DNA of 64,000 bases from a virus (lineage: Duplodnaviria; Caudoviricetes), in IMG/VR virus record IMGVR_UViG_3300029705_000009. One strand, 5' to 3'. Every line of letters starts with the position of its first letter. Position 1 is the stretch's first letter. Shown piece by piece: positions 18,970 through 29,430 of this stretch. The position numbers and the translations under genes were made by a program. The notes beneath the pieces were generated by a model. It searched no databases. It was given only the letters and a program-made list of their open reading frames with translations, and was not told the DNA's origin.

Positions 18970-21248
18970 ATGAACGAAAATTACATAATGTTAAATGGTA
19001 AACGTGTTGATCTGACCGAGGAGCAACTTGAGAAGCTTGGGATAAAGGTTGAGGTTGAGGTTGAGAAAGACTGTTTTAAAAGGGTAAATGCCACTAAATG
19101 TTATTATTTTACAAATGCAATAGGGGATTTAAGTAGTATGCCAGATTATGGCACCCTACTTGATGACCAACTTTACAAAGTAGCCAACTACTGCACTGAC
19201 AAATCCCTCATGCAGCAACGCACACTTCACGAAACTCTTGACCGTCTGCTCTGGAGATTCAGTATGCAGAATGATGGAGATAAGATTGATTGGAGTAATC
19301 AGTCAATAAAAAAATATTTTATAGCTTATGATTACCGTACAAAAAAATTTGAACCAGATTATATATATTCTTCATATGGTAGTAGTATAAAATATTATGT
19401 AGAATACTTTTACTCAGCCGAAGTAACCCAAAGAGCCATTTATGAAATCGTTCTTCCATTTATGAAAGAACATCCGGAGTTTGTGTGGTAAGGAGAATAT
19501 TATGATAGAAGGAATTGAAATTTTAGCACAGAGTGAGATTATGACGGATTCTAGCTGGACTGCATGGATTTTAGTATTGTTAGCATTTGGATTCGTTGTA
19601 TTTACAGGTGGATTAAGCAACAACATTGATTTCTTAGTTTTTATAGGTTGTATTGCACTGTCCATTAGTATAGTTGGAAGTTTGTTAATGGTAATTATAA
19701 ATCCAAAAGAACCAACCGGCAAATATGAATATCAAGTAACCATAGATGAAAATGTATCTTTTACTGAACTATACGAAAAGTATGAAGTGGTTGATCAGAA
19801 CGGAAAGATATGGGTTATAAGAGATAAAGATGTGGAAGATGTTAAAGAGGTGAAATAACATGGCACTGATGATTTCAGATGACAAGAAAAATTTTTATGT
19901 AACATGTAAATGTGGATGCGAAGGAATTCTTTTTAAAGTAGACGATTCCGATAAAGATTATGGGTGTTATGCATTATGCATGTGTTATAGCAATAATTAT
20001 TACAAGGATCAAGATGATACTGTTCTAAAAGTGATCAAAAGAAAGTTTAAGAAAATATGGGCAATTCTTAGAAATAAGGATTACTACTATTCTGAATTGA
20101 TTATGACTAAAGAAGATTTTGATAAGTTCAAAGAACATATCAATCAGTTTTAATCATGAATAAGAGTAAATAAAATAATATATTGAGGTGATAACATTGA
20201 AAACATATACTATGGAAAACATAAAAATTTCACAGCATGCCAAAGCTCGTTATAGCGAACGTATAATGGATAAGGATGATAAATCAGATGTTGCAGTGTT
20301 TATTGCACAGCATGAACAGAAAATAAAAGAAGATATTTTTAAGATGATTCAGTATGGCACACTGCTCTACTCCGGCAAGTCTACATGTGAGTTTAATAAG
20401 CAGCCTGTAGATATCTTCTTGAACGGGACCTGGGTCGTTATTGTAGATATTGCAAAGGCAAATGTAATTACTTTATATAGCATTGATCTTGGTTTGGGCA
20501 ATGAGTTCAATAATGAATACATAAAGAGATTGCTTGATAAGTTGAATGTTGCAAAAGAGGAATATGATACTGTTGTTACTGGAATCATGACTCAGAAAGA
20601 AACTTACTCTTCTATTATTAAGGAAAACACGGATCAAATTAATGAACTGAAGCAGATGGTCAAGAATCTGGAAAAACAGAATCAGGCTTACACAGATGTG
20701 ATTGAAAGTTTGGAAACGGACAAGGTAATTGCAGAAAAGGAAGTTAGAGATATTATTGCTACCATGATTGGTAAGAAAGTGTTTTAGGAGGATATATGGT
20801 AAAAGGTGACAAAATTAAATTAATAAAGCCAATTGGTATTTTCTCAAGTGTTGGTGAAATCTGTGAAGTAATTAATGTAACAGATACTGGCGTAATCAGT
20901 TTTGTGTTTAACGGTGGTCGTTCTTCTGGATGTATGTCATATGATGAATATTTAAAGCATTTTGAGTTGGTTCAGCCAGCAGAAAAGAAGCCAAGTGTTT
21001 GGACTGACTGGAAACTTGCAAATATTACATATTACGATTTGGGTAATGAATATTGTGGAAGTGAGATTTATTACAAGCATAATGGCAAAAGAGTTAAAGT
21101 GAAATGTCCTATTTGGGGTGTAAAGACAGAAGCCTGTTGCCATCATGAGGACGAGTTTGATCTTGCAAAAGGATTGAATTTGGCAAAATTTAGACTCATT
21201 GTAAAGATTTTAGATAGACAAGTTCAAGAAATTGCGGAGGGTATGTAA
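18970..21248 (+). other. Hypothetical ORFs 18970..19491, 19502..19858 (2 TM), 19860..20153, 20188..20787 (coiled-coil C-terminus), 20796..21248
   Basis: Contiguous + strand ORFs with RBSs. Confidence 0.75.
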
Positions 21249-21344
21249 TGTCAGTACATGATGATTTAGGAGCCAGGATGAGTGTTGCTATGAGTGAAAG
21301 GCTCTGCACTACCAGCTTAATTATGAGCAGAAGGAGGTCTATGA

Positions 21345-21608
21345 ATGATTGCATATGTTTATAATGAAAGACGAAGAGGATTATCTGTTCCTTTTGGAAT
21401 TAAAGTAGAAGAACATAACAGGAATAATTCTATCAAAGCATGTAGTATTAGAGTTAAGTGTTTAAATGATAATAAAGAATTTCGGTCTATGATGGATGCA
21501 GCAAAATTTTATAATATTTCTAAAACATCAATTTATAATAGTATTCAATACAATAAACCCGTTCTTTGTAGAAAACAAAATCAGAAATATCAATTCGTAA
21601 GATTATAA
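21345..21608 (+). CDS. NUMOD1-type helix-turn-helix protein (homing-endonuclease DNA-binding domain only)
   Basis: VKCLNDNKEFRSMMDAAKFYNISKTSI pattern. No nuclease domain. Confidence 0.6.
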   Translation: MIAYVYNERRRGLSVPFGIKVEEHNRNNSIKACSIRVKCLNDNKEFRSMMDAAKFYNISKTSIYNSIQYNKPVLCRKQNQKYQFVRL

Positions 21609-21623
21609 AGGAGAAAATAAGAA

Positions 21624-22073
21624 GTGACATTAGAAAAATTACAGGCAGAAATGGTGGCTGCTATGAAAGATAAAAATAAGGCACGTAAGGATACAATCTC
21701 CTCTCTCATCGGTGCAGTTAAGAAGACTGCCATTGATAAGAAGTGTAAGGATAACATTACTGAAGTTCTGGTGGACGAGGTAATCCTTAAGGAAAAGAAA
21801 ACTGTTCAGGAGATGATTGATACCTGTCCAGGAGAAAGAACAGAATTGTTACAGGAATACAAAGACAGAATGAATGTGATCAATGAGTTTGCTCCTAAGT
21901 TGATGACAGATGCATCAAAGATTCATACTGCTATCATGGATCTTCTAGCAAATGCACAGCTTGAACCGGTAAAAGTAAATAAGGGTTTGATTATGAAGGT
22001 TGTTATGCCGGCTATGAAAGGTAAAGCTGATATGAAGATTGTAAACAAAGTAATGGAAGAAATTTTGGAGTAA
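21624..22073 (+). CDS. GatB/YqeY-domain protein
   Basis: LQAEMVAAMKDKNK...INEFAPKLM...KGLIMKVVMPAMKGKADMKIVNKV. Confidence 0.85.
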   Translation: MTLEKLQAEMVAAMKDKNKARKDTISSLIGAVKKTAIDKKCKDNITEVLVDEVILKEKKTVQEMIDTCPGERTELLQEYKDRMNVINEFAPKLMTDASKIHTAIMDLLANAQLEPVKVNKGLIMKVVMPAMKGKADMKIVNKVMEEILE

Positions 22074-22076
22074 ATA

Positions 22077-22292
22077 ATGAGAAGACCAGAGAGATTATAC
22101 GATTTTTATAGAGAATTAACCAGAGTACATGTTACGCATTTTCCAGATTTGAGATTTGGGCAATTTTGTATAGCTTTTATGCATTGGATTACCACTACAA
22201 AGGAAAGAGATCCTTTCTTTATTGAAGAACCGACAATGATTGATTTGTTACATGAGTATGTAGAGGAGAGACATGGCGAATTATTATATTAG
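22077..22292 (+). CDS. Small conserved phage protein
   Basis: MRRPERL...PDLRFGQF...DPFFIE pattern. Confidence 0.7.
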   Translation: MRRPERLYDFYRELTRVHVTHFPDLRFGQFCIAFMHWITTTKERDPFFIEEPTMIDLLHEYVEERHGELLY

Positions 22293-22875
22293 CGATTTAC
22301 ATTTAAACCATAAAAATGTAACTGCAGAAGGAAAGAATTTTGATAATAGACCTTTTCAGACATTGGATGAGATGCATGAGGCTATAAAAAGAAATTGGAA
22401 TGCTAGAGTAACAAATTCTGATACTGTTTATCTCCTTGGTGATAGTATTTGGAATCTGACAGACGAGATGATTGCTTTAATGGCACAGCTTAAAGGCAAA
22501 AAGGTTGCAATCAAAGGAAATCATGACAAATTCAACGACATTCGTTATAAGCAGTTATTTTCTGAGATTTGTGATTATAAGGAAGTGTCAGATAATGTTC
22601 ATGGTATGAATTATATGCTTGTACTCTCCCATTTTCCTATCCTTATGTGGAATGGACAGCATAGAGGCTGGATTCACCTGTATGGACACGTACATAATTC
22701 TAATGATTATGCTTTTTATAAAGATTCTCTGAAAAGATTGAACGAGTATTATAAAGACCGAGATGGAGAAAATTTCAAACCGTTTTATGCTTATAACGTT
22801 GGATGTATGTTGGATTATATGGGATTTGTTCCAAGAACATTGGCAGAAATTGTAAGTGCAAATGAAAGTAAATAA
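22273..22875 (+). CDS. Calcineurin-like phosphoesterase
   Basis: SDLH, LGD, GNHD, SHFP, LYGHVH and NVG motifs. Confidence 0.9.
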   Translation: MANYYISDLHLNHKNVTAEGKNFDNRPFQTLDEMHEAIKRNWNARVTNSDTVYLLGDSIWNLTDEMIALMAQLKGKKVAIKGNHDKFNDIRYKQLFSEICDYKEVSDNVHGMNYMLVLSHFPILMWNGQHRGWIHLYGHVHNSNDYAFYKDSLKRLNEYYKDRDGENFKPFYAYNVGCMLDYMGFVPRTLAEIVSANESK

Positions 22876-22894
22876 AATAATGAGGTGAGTAACT

Positions 22895-23158
22895 ATGTAT
22901 AGATTAATTAAGTATACAGGAAAAGATGGTACAGACAAATTATGCGAAGTCGCCGCTCTCCATCCTTTAGAAGGAGATTTTTATTGGCCATTAATGGTTG
23001 GAAATTCTATCGCTTTTGCATATAACGATGCTAGTGGAAAAATGTTGCGTAGCTCTGCTATTGAAGCAATGGATAAGGTAAATGGTCAGCTTGTTATTGT
23101 GACAAGAAACAGCGTATTTGTGTTTGAGGAAGTTGAGGAAAATTATGATTTATTTTGA
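22895..23158 (+). CDS. Hypothetical protein
   Basis: ORF with GAGGTG RBS. Confidence 0.7.
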   Translation: MYRLIKYTGKDGTDKLCEVAALHPLEGDFYWPLMVGNSIAFAYNDASGKMLRSSAIEAMDKVNGQLVIVTRNSVFVFEEVEENYDLF

Positions 23159-24305
23159 TAATGCTGCCACTACAAAAGTTGACGAAGAAGTAATTGCTGA
23201 TATAGTTGAAGCTTTGAAGAATGATTGGGCAAATCCATCTTCTATTTCCAGTCAAGGAATTGTAGGCAGACAAAAAGTTGAACATGCAAGGAAACAAATT
23301 GCAGATTATATTAATGCTGATCCAGAGGAAATTATATTTGTAGCTTCTGGATCTGAGGCAAATAATTTAGCAATCAGAGGTTTTTTAGATGCCAATCCAG
23401 AATATAGCGTTGTTCCTCATTCAATGATAGAACATCCTAGTGTGGTAAATACTTGTAATTTGATTGCCGAATTAAGTCTTAAAACCAAGAAGTATCTTCT
23501 CCCGTTTGTTGATGTTGACATGCAAGGTTTGATTAATATGGATACTTTGAAATATTGGTTATCAGAATACAAATCAAAGTGTCTTGTAAGTATTATGATG
23601 GGGAACAACGAAATCGGCACGGTTCAAGACATAAAACGTATTTCTCAGCTTGTGCACAACTACAATGGCGTTTTTCACACTGATGCTGTTCAAGCTTTTG
23701 GTCAGATTCCTATAGATGTAAAAGAAATGGGAATTGACATGATGAGTGTAAGTGGTCACAAATTTGGTTGTCCCAAGGGAGTTGGATTTTTATATAAGAG
23801 AAAAGATATAGAAATCTACCCTCTTATCAATGGTGGTAGTCAGGAAATGAATCTTAGAGCTGGAACAGAAAATGTTCCTTATATAATTGCTATGGGAAAC
23901 CAGGTTGAGAGAATGAGTAAACGAGAATATCCAAATAGTATATTGGCAAATTATTTATATGAAAAGATTTGTTATGAGATTGGATATGATTTTGATGTTT
24001 GGTTGAATGGTTCCATTAAAAATAGATTGCCAAACAATCTCTCTCTCACTTTTCCTGGCGTTAACGCAGAAGCTCTTATCACTTTATTGGATATGAAAGG
24101 TGTTCAGGTATCTGCAGGATCGGCATGTTGTGCTGGTGATAAGGAGCCTAGTCGAGTTTTAAAAGCCATTGGATTGAGTGATGAAGAGGCTTTCAGTACT
24201 ATTAGGATTAGTCTTGGTAAAGACACTACTAAGGAAGAATGTGATGAGTTTGTTAGAATCCTTGGAGAATGTTTAGAAAGTTTAAAAATGGTTGGTGGTG
24301 AATAA
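23145..24305 (+). CDS. iscS: Cysteine desulfurase, IscS/NifS class-V PLP enzyme
   Basis: IYFDNAATT, HTDAVQ, PLP lysine in SGHKFG, RAGTEN, catalytic Cys in SAGSAC. Confidence 0.93.
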   Translation: MIYFDNAATTKVDEEVIADIVEALKNDWANPSSISSQGIVGRQKVEHARKQIADYINADPEEIIFVASGSEANNLAIRGFLDANPEYSVVPHSMIEHPSVVNTCNLIAELSLKTKKYLLPFVDVDMQGLINMDTLKYWLSEYKSKCLVSIMMGNNEIGTVQDIKRISQLVHNYNGVFHTDAVQAFGQIPIDVKEMGIDMMSVSGHKFGCPKGVGFLYKRKDIEIYPLINGGSQEMNLRAGTENVPYIIAMGNQVERMSKREYPNSILANYLYEKICYEIGYDFDVWLNGSIKNRLPNNLSLTFPGVNAEALITLLDMKGVQVSAGSACCAGDKEPSRVLKAIGLSDEEAFSTIRISLGKDTTKEECDEFVRILGECLESLKMVGGE

Positions 24306-26888
24306 ATGTCAGAATACGGACTTAAGATAAAGAACTTTGAAGCCGGTTCTTTATATGGATACAACTTGGGTATTAGAGATAGGCTTGATAGTACAGATGC
24401 AATGCTTTCCAATAGTTTATTTAGTGATTTCCTGAAGGAAAACGGACTTAATGTTTGGAGAGGTGAATCCACTAGAGATGTTATCTGTATAGAGTTTAAT
24501 TATGGCACTCGTTCATACGAAGACGAAATTAAAAATTTTGACAAAATAATAAAAGATATTCAAAAGGACGAAATGTTGTCTGATGACATTAAAGAGGAAC
24601 GTGTCCAAAAGATAGAATTCTTAAAAGAACGTGCAACAATAAATATAGATAAATATCATAAAATATCTCATCAGGAAATAAGAATGCTTTTTTACACTCA
24701 GGGTGTTGATATAAACTATCAGACTTATAACAAAAAAGGAGAAGTAATTAAGGAAGAGAAAATCCACTATAAAATGCTATATAGGACTCCCGGTAAAGCA
24801 AAAAAAGGATCTTGTATGTTTATTAACGAAGATTTATATGATAAAGCCATAGAATTTTTGTATATGGGGATTCAATTACCAAAAGACAATTCTCCTATTG
24901 TTGAAATGGGTGCATACTCCTCTCTTATTACTTCTTCTATCGTTGGAAAAGTTCAGATTTTACCGGAACAGATTTTAGTATTACAAGATGTGGATTCTTT
25001 TTTTCAAACTAATGTTGTTAGCGTGGAAACTGATGAAGATAAACATTGTAAAGCAGTTCCTATAGATAATTATCAAGTAAAAAACACTTTATTTGATGGA
25101 CAGGCTTTGATAGACACATCTATTTTCCCAGACTGGGGAGAAGGTTATATTCTCCTTAGACATCATTTATGTAAGATGGCAGCGTTTCATTCTGATATTC
25201 AAAAATTTATGAAAGATTATTTCGGAGATAAGTATGAAACTGCAACTGTAAAAGATATGTTTGGAAGAGATGTCCGAGTAAAAGACATAAGGCTTATTAC
25301 AACAGACAATGCGATGAAGTGGCTTAAGTTTAATGTTACTTTTGAATATTGGAGTGATTATGTTAGAGCAAACAATAGTATGTTTGGCATTGTAAAAACA
25401 GCTCATGAAAGTAAACTTGGTGAAGTTCAGAGAATGAGTTATCAGATGATTAACGCTCTTGATATGAATATTATGCCACAGGTTGTTCAGTGTAGTATGG
25501 ATTATATAGAGAAGTTAAAAACAAATGACGATGTGTTTTTGAATTATCTTAGAGATAATACTAATTTTTCAAATGACTATGAAGTATTGGTAGCTTTGGT
25601 TGAGCAAAATAGAGATTTTCTAAGAAGTGAATATTTTAGACATCGCAAGGAATGGATTGTTAAATCTTATGTGATGAATTTTAAGAATGGAAAAATCATT
25701 CAAAACGCAGATAATTTGGTTATTATAGGTTCTCCATACGCTATGTTGCTTCATTCTGTTGGTGTTGATGTTAATACTGATCCTACGTTCACTATAGAGC
25801 AAGACACTATACAGTGTTGGACAGAAAGATTTGGCGATGGCGAATACTTAGCAGAGTTTCGCTCTCCATTTAATAGTAAAAACAATATGGGCTATGTACA
25901 TAATGTGCATCATGAATACTTTGATAAGTATTTTAAATTTGGGAAACAGATTATTGCTGTAAATATGATTGGTACTGATTTCCAGGATCGCAATAATGGA
26001 TCTGACATGGATAGTGATTCTATATATACAACAAATCATCCTGATATCGTTCAGTATGCAAAATATTGTTATCTTAACTATCCTACCATTGTAAATAATA
26101 TACCTAAAGAAAAAAATAGCTATTCTTTAAGTTTGGAAAATTATGCTAACATTGATAACAACTTAGCTGCGGCACAATTAGCAATTGGAGAATCAAGTAA
26201 TTTAGCACAGGTATGTTTAACATATACATATAATTTTGATGATCAGAAGTATAAAGATTATGTATGTATTCTTTCTGTGCTTGCTCAAGTAGCCATAGAT
26301 AATGCAAAGCGTAGGTTTGATATTGATTTGACAGAAGAAATTAGTCGCATAAAAAAAGATATGAATATCAAAACTAATGGTTATCCAGCCTTTTGGAGTG
26401 TTATTAGAAGAGATTTCAATAGGAGACGTATAAATAAAAATTTAGTGTGCCCTATGAATTATATATTTGATATTGAGGTTGGAAAATATCGAAGTAGTGC
26501 TTCTACTCTACCTATGAATGAGTTTTTCGTCAAACACAATGTTGACTTAGACAGAAGAAAATCCAAGAAGGTTGAAGATTTAATTCAAAAATATTCCTTG
26601 TCATTATACGAAAACAATGTTGATGGGGAAGATGAAAATGAAAATTATCTTTTACTTAGGACTGATTTTGATGCATTAATTAACGATATTCAGCAGATTT
26701 ACATATCTAAAAATTATTTAGGAATGATGTCTTGGTTAATAAATAGAGCATTTTCAATTGGTTCTGGTGTTAGAAGAAATTCTGAAAATATTATTTCAAC
26801 AATTAACACAAACAAATCTTTATTATTAAAGGTGTTATATAATGTTAACAAAGATGCATTTTTACAGTGTTTTTATAGAAAAGAATAG
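24306..26888 (+). CDS. Single-subunit double-psi-beta-barrel RNA polymerase, SPbeta YonO-like
   Basis: 860 aa with FDG, R-S-P (EFRSPFN), metal-binding DxDxD (NGSDMDSD) and AIDNAK motifs. Lies just upstream of HU and the late operon, as yonO does. Confidence 0.8.
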   Translation: MSEYGLKIKNFEAGSLYGYNLGIRDRLDSTDAMLSNSLFSDFLKENGLNVWRGESTRDVICIEFNYGTRSYEDEIKNFDKIIKDIQKDEMLSDDIKEERVQKIEFLKERATINIDKYHKISHQEIRMLFYTQGVDINYQTYNKKGEVIKEEKIHYKMLYRTPGKAKKGSCMFINEDLYDKAIEFLYMGIQLPKDNSPIVEMGAYSSLITSSIVGKVQILPEQILVLQDVDSFFQTNVVSVETDEDKHCKAVPIDNYQVKNTLFDGQALIDTSIFPDWGEGYILLRHHLCKMAAFHSDIQKFMKDYFGDKYETATVKDMFGRDVRVKDIRLITTDNAMKWLKFNVTFEYWSDYVRANNSMFGIVKTAHESKLGEVQRMSYQMINALDMNIMPQVVQCSMDYIEKLKTNDDVFLNYLRDNTNFSNDYEVLVALVEQNRDFLRSEYFRHRKEWIVKSYVMNFKNGKIIQNADNLVIIGSPYAMLLHSVGVDVNTDPTFTIEQDTIQCWTERFGDGEYLAEFRSPFNSKNNMGYVHNVHHEYFDKYFKFGKQIIAVNMIGTDFQDRNNGSDMDSDSIYTTNHPDIVQYAKYCYLNYPTIVNNIPKEKNSYSLSLENYANIDNNLAAAQLAIGESSNLAQVCLTYTYNFDDQKYKDYVCILSVLAQVAIDNAKRRFDIDLTEEISRIKKDMNIKTNGYPAFWSVIRRDFNRRRINKNLVCPMNYIFDIEVGKYRSSASTLPMNEFFVKHNVDLDRRKSKKVEDLIQKYSLSLYENNVDGEDENENYLLLRTDFDALINDIQQIYISKNYLGMMSWLINRAFSIGSGVRRNSENIISTINTNKSLLLKVLYNVNKDAFLQCFYRKE

Positions 26889-27116
26889 AATATATGTGTA
26901 CACTTAATTGTTTTAAACATTTAAAAAACCCAATAAAACTAATCAAAATTAAATGTCGAATTAACCAAGCTTATGAAGAGAAAGTGCGTATTGCACAAGT
27001 ACTTCAACCGCTATTACCGACGCGGGTATAAATATGGAATTCGAATGCATAATGCCAGTGACCCCAGGCTTTATATGGGGTCTGATCAGAATAACTATAT
27101 ATAGGAGAAAAAGGAT

Positions 27117-27464
27117 ATGAAAGCTTTTAGAATGGGACGCAACACTATTGAGCACTACTCTTCTTTTGAGGAAATGGGAAAGGCATGGGGTTGTAAGCCT
27201 GTAACTAAGAAAACTAAAGATGAGGAAAAATTAAAGAAGCAGCGCGAGAATTTTTGCGCAAGACATCGTTGTGAAGCATGTGGTGAGCCGATGCAGTGGA
27301 TTACCGGTTCCGTAATGGCTTGTGTAAACGAAAAGTGTAAAGGTAAAAAGGTTGAGCGTACAGATTCTGAGGGTAATAAGATTGTGTCTTATATTACTTC
27401 ATATGATTTACTGGACGATCTTGGCTCTGAAATCGCAAACAATATTTTTTCCGTAAGTGAATAA
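27117..27464 (+). CDS. Zn-finger hypothetical protein
   Basis: CEACG...CVNEKC motifs and AAGGA RBS. Confidence 0.75.
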   Translation: MKAFRMGRNTIEHYSSFEEMGKAWGCKPVTKKTKDEEKLKKQRENFCARHRCEACGEPMQWITGSVMACVNEKCKGKKVERTDSEGNKIVSYITSYDLLDDLGSEIANNIFSVSE

Positions 27465-27536
27465 AATAATACATCGTATAATTTCCCGAAACGGGACTAA
27501 AATAAAATTTAAATGACAAAAAGGAGATTTTTTAAA

Positions 27537-27809
27537 ATGAACAAGACTGAATTAATTAGTGCAATTGCAGAAAAGACTGGTATGACCAAGAAGAATGTAA
27601 AGGAAGTGCTTGAAGCTACTCAGGAGGTAGTGTTTGCTACTATCAAGGATGAGGAAGTTAAGCTGATGGACGGTGTTACTCTTAGTGCAAAGGTTGTTCC
27701 TGAGAGAACTGCTAGAAATCCTCAGACTGGCGAAGAGATTGTAGTAGCTGAACATATGGCTCCCAAGTGTAAATTCGGCGCAGCAATTAAGAATGCCGTT
27801 AATGCTTAA
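27537..27809 (+). CDS. hup: HU-like DNA-binding protein (YonN-like)
   Basis: MNKTELISAIAEKTG...RTARNPQTGEEI...PKCKFG. Confidence 0.92.
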   Translation: MNKTELISAIAEKTGMTKKNVKEVLEATQEVVFATIKDEEVKLMDGVTLSAKVVPERTARNPQTGEEIVVAEHMAPKCKFGAAIKNAVNA

Positions 27810-27883
27810 TTTTTTGCATAACTAAATAAAATAATACAACAACTTAATATTGATATAAATGTGGAGTGTCTTGCTCCACAAAT

Positions 27884-27954
27884 TGGGGATTCGCCAAGTG
27901 GTTTGGCAATCGGCTGTTAACCGATCTACGGGGGTTCAATTCCCTCATCCCCAG
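27884..27954 (+). tRNA. tRNA-Asn(GTT)
   Basis: Acceptor TGGGGAT/ATCCCCA, anticodon arm ATCGG-CTGTTAA-CCGAT, GGTTCAATTCC T-arm. No encoded CCA. Confidence 0.9.
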
Positions 27955-27959
27955 GTTAC

Positions 27960-28033
27960 TGGGGCATAGTCCAGCTCGGAAGGATACTTGATTTGGGATC
28001 AAGTGGTCGTGGGTTCAAATCCCACTGCTCCAT
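27960..28033 (+). tRNA. tRNA-Pro(TGG)
   Basis: Acceptor TGGGGCA/TGCTCCA, anticodon arm CTTGA-TTTGGGA-TCAAG, T-arm GTGGG-TTCAAAT-CCCAC. Confidence 0.9.
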
Positions 28034-28040
28034 TTATTAT

Positions 28041-28113
28041 AGCTGGCGGCAGGTAGGAATCTGACCTAGCCTCATAAGCTAGGGAAACCCGGCTCAATTC
28101 CGGGGCGTAGCAA
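28041..28113 (+). tRNA. tRNA-Met(CAT)-like, degenerate
   Basis: Anticodon arm CTAGC-CTCATAA-GCTAG and T-arm CCCGG-CTCAATT-CCGGG. The acceptor stem pairs only partly and the T-loop has CTC instead of TTC. Confidence 0.6.
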
Positions 28114-28129
28114 TTAAAAGGAAAATAAA

Positions 28130-29165
28130 TAATCCCACTACTCTTCCACCTGTGAGGAATAAACCAGGAACGCATGTCAAAGGAAGACCTTCTCTAAATG
28201 CCTGAGACACGTTGGTGGTTAACTGCTTACCACCTTTATAAATAATATGGCGAACTTTAAAAGACGAGTGGGCATAGCTAAAATTGCTGGAGAGCCGAAA
28301 ATAGCACATTAACCAGATTCATCAAACGGCGTGTTCCAAACGAGTTAGTAATCTTGTGGTGAGACGAAAGCTGCTGAGAAAGTCTCAGGTTTATTTACTC
28401 TTCTATCCTAGTGTAGACAGAGCTGAGATTTCGTCATTATGACGTTTTCGTTATAGGTGATTCACTACCTTAAACGTGAGACGATAAAGAAGGGTATAGA
28501 CTCCCAACAAAGAACAGCGCCTATAGGGCATTAATAGTGTGAAGGCTTTGGTTGTCGTTAGTATGGGCTTACCAAAGCAGTATACGTCCGACGGGACTGA
28601 CACCCAGGAAAGACTGGGCAAATTTGAAAGTGTTCCGCTACTTAAGGCGAATTATGATAACAGAAGTTCCTACACCTCTCAACGATGTGTCACATAGGAA
28701 CACATATACATAGGCTTACAAGATACGCTGCAACGCCTTGTGTAAAAACTTGGGTAAGGTTCTTATTGTTTGCAGACAGTAAGAAATAGTCAGGGGTAAA
28801 ACATCGCCAAAGTTTAGCCTTTTTGTCACCCTGATATATTTGGCAGTTTGTAGAACTGCCCTCTGCTTACCAGAGCAACTAAACTGGAGGGATTGTAGCG
28901 TGTCCCAGAATAGAGAAATCTACGCTACTTTTATTTTGCCGAAGAGGCCACTTGCAGAACGTAGAACCGTTAAGGTAGAACGTAAACTGGATATCCGGAA
29001 ATCCGATGTTTTCAGCTAGTTGACTGCTTCACGCTGACAAATTTATGAACAAAAACCGTTAGAGGTTTTTATCAGAGACGGTGCATGCACTGAAACTGAA
29101 TTTGAGCTTTTGAATTGAGAACTTCGGTTCTGTAGAGAGTTGCACATAATGTCCAGCTCTTGATT
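28130..29165 (+). ncRNA. Large structured non-coding RNA region (one large RNA or several small ones) inside the tRNA cluster
   Basis: About 1 kb with no credible ORF, higher GC than the flanks, and many hairpins and long-range stems. Confidence 0.6.
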
Positions 29166-29169
29166 CTTT

Positions 29170-29241
29170 GGGAGGTTCGTATAGTGGTAAGTACACGAGA
29201 TTTTCATTCTCGTAAGAGGGGTTCAATTCCCCTACCTTCTG
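29170..29241 (+). tRNA. tRNA-Glu(TTC)
   Basis: Acceptor GGGAGGT/ACCTTCT, anticodon arm CGAGA-TTTTCAT-TCTCG, T-arm AGGGG-TTCAATT-CCCCT. Confidence 0.85.
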
Positions 29242-29357
29242 TGGTTTGGCAGTTGGTTATGCTTACGTTTATTTGGGTGGAGTAATTACCATTCTGGGTA
29301 TCCAGTGAGAAACCTATCGGGTGCACACGAGTTCCTTCGGGGGCTGCCTTTTTATAT

Positions 29358-29430
29358 GCATTTGTGATGTAATTGGCTAACATACCTGCCTTCCAAGCAG
29401 GTTATGCCGGATCGTTCCCGGTCAAATGCT
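29358..29430 (+). tRNA. tRNA-Gly(TCC)
   Basis: Acceptor GCATTTG/CAAATGC, anticodon arm CCTGC-CTTCCAA-GCAGG, atypical T-loop ATCGTTC. Confidence 0.85.

Noticed and set aside
28130-29165. tmRNA, RNase P RNA or group I intron
   Set aside because: I found no tRNA-Ala-like ends or tag frame, no GAGGAAAGUCC P4 motif, and no recognisable P7 core or interrupted host gene. Left as an unidentified ncRNA.
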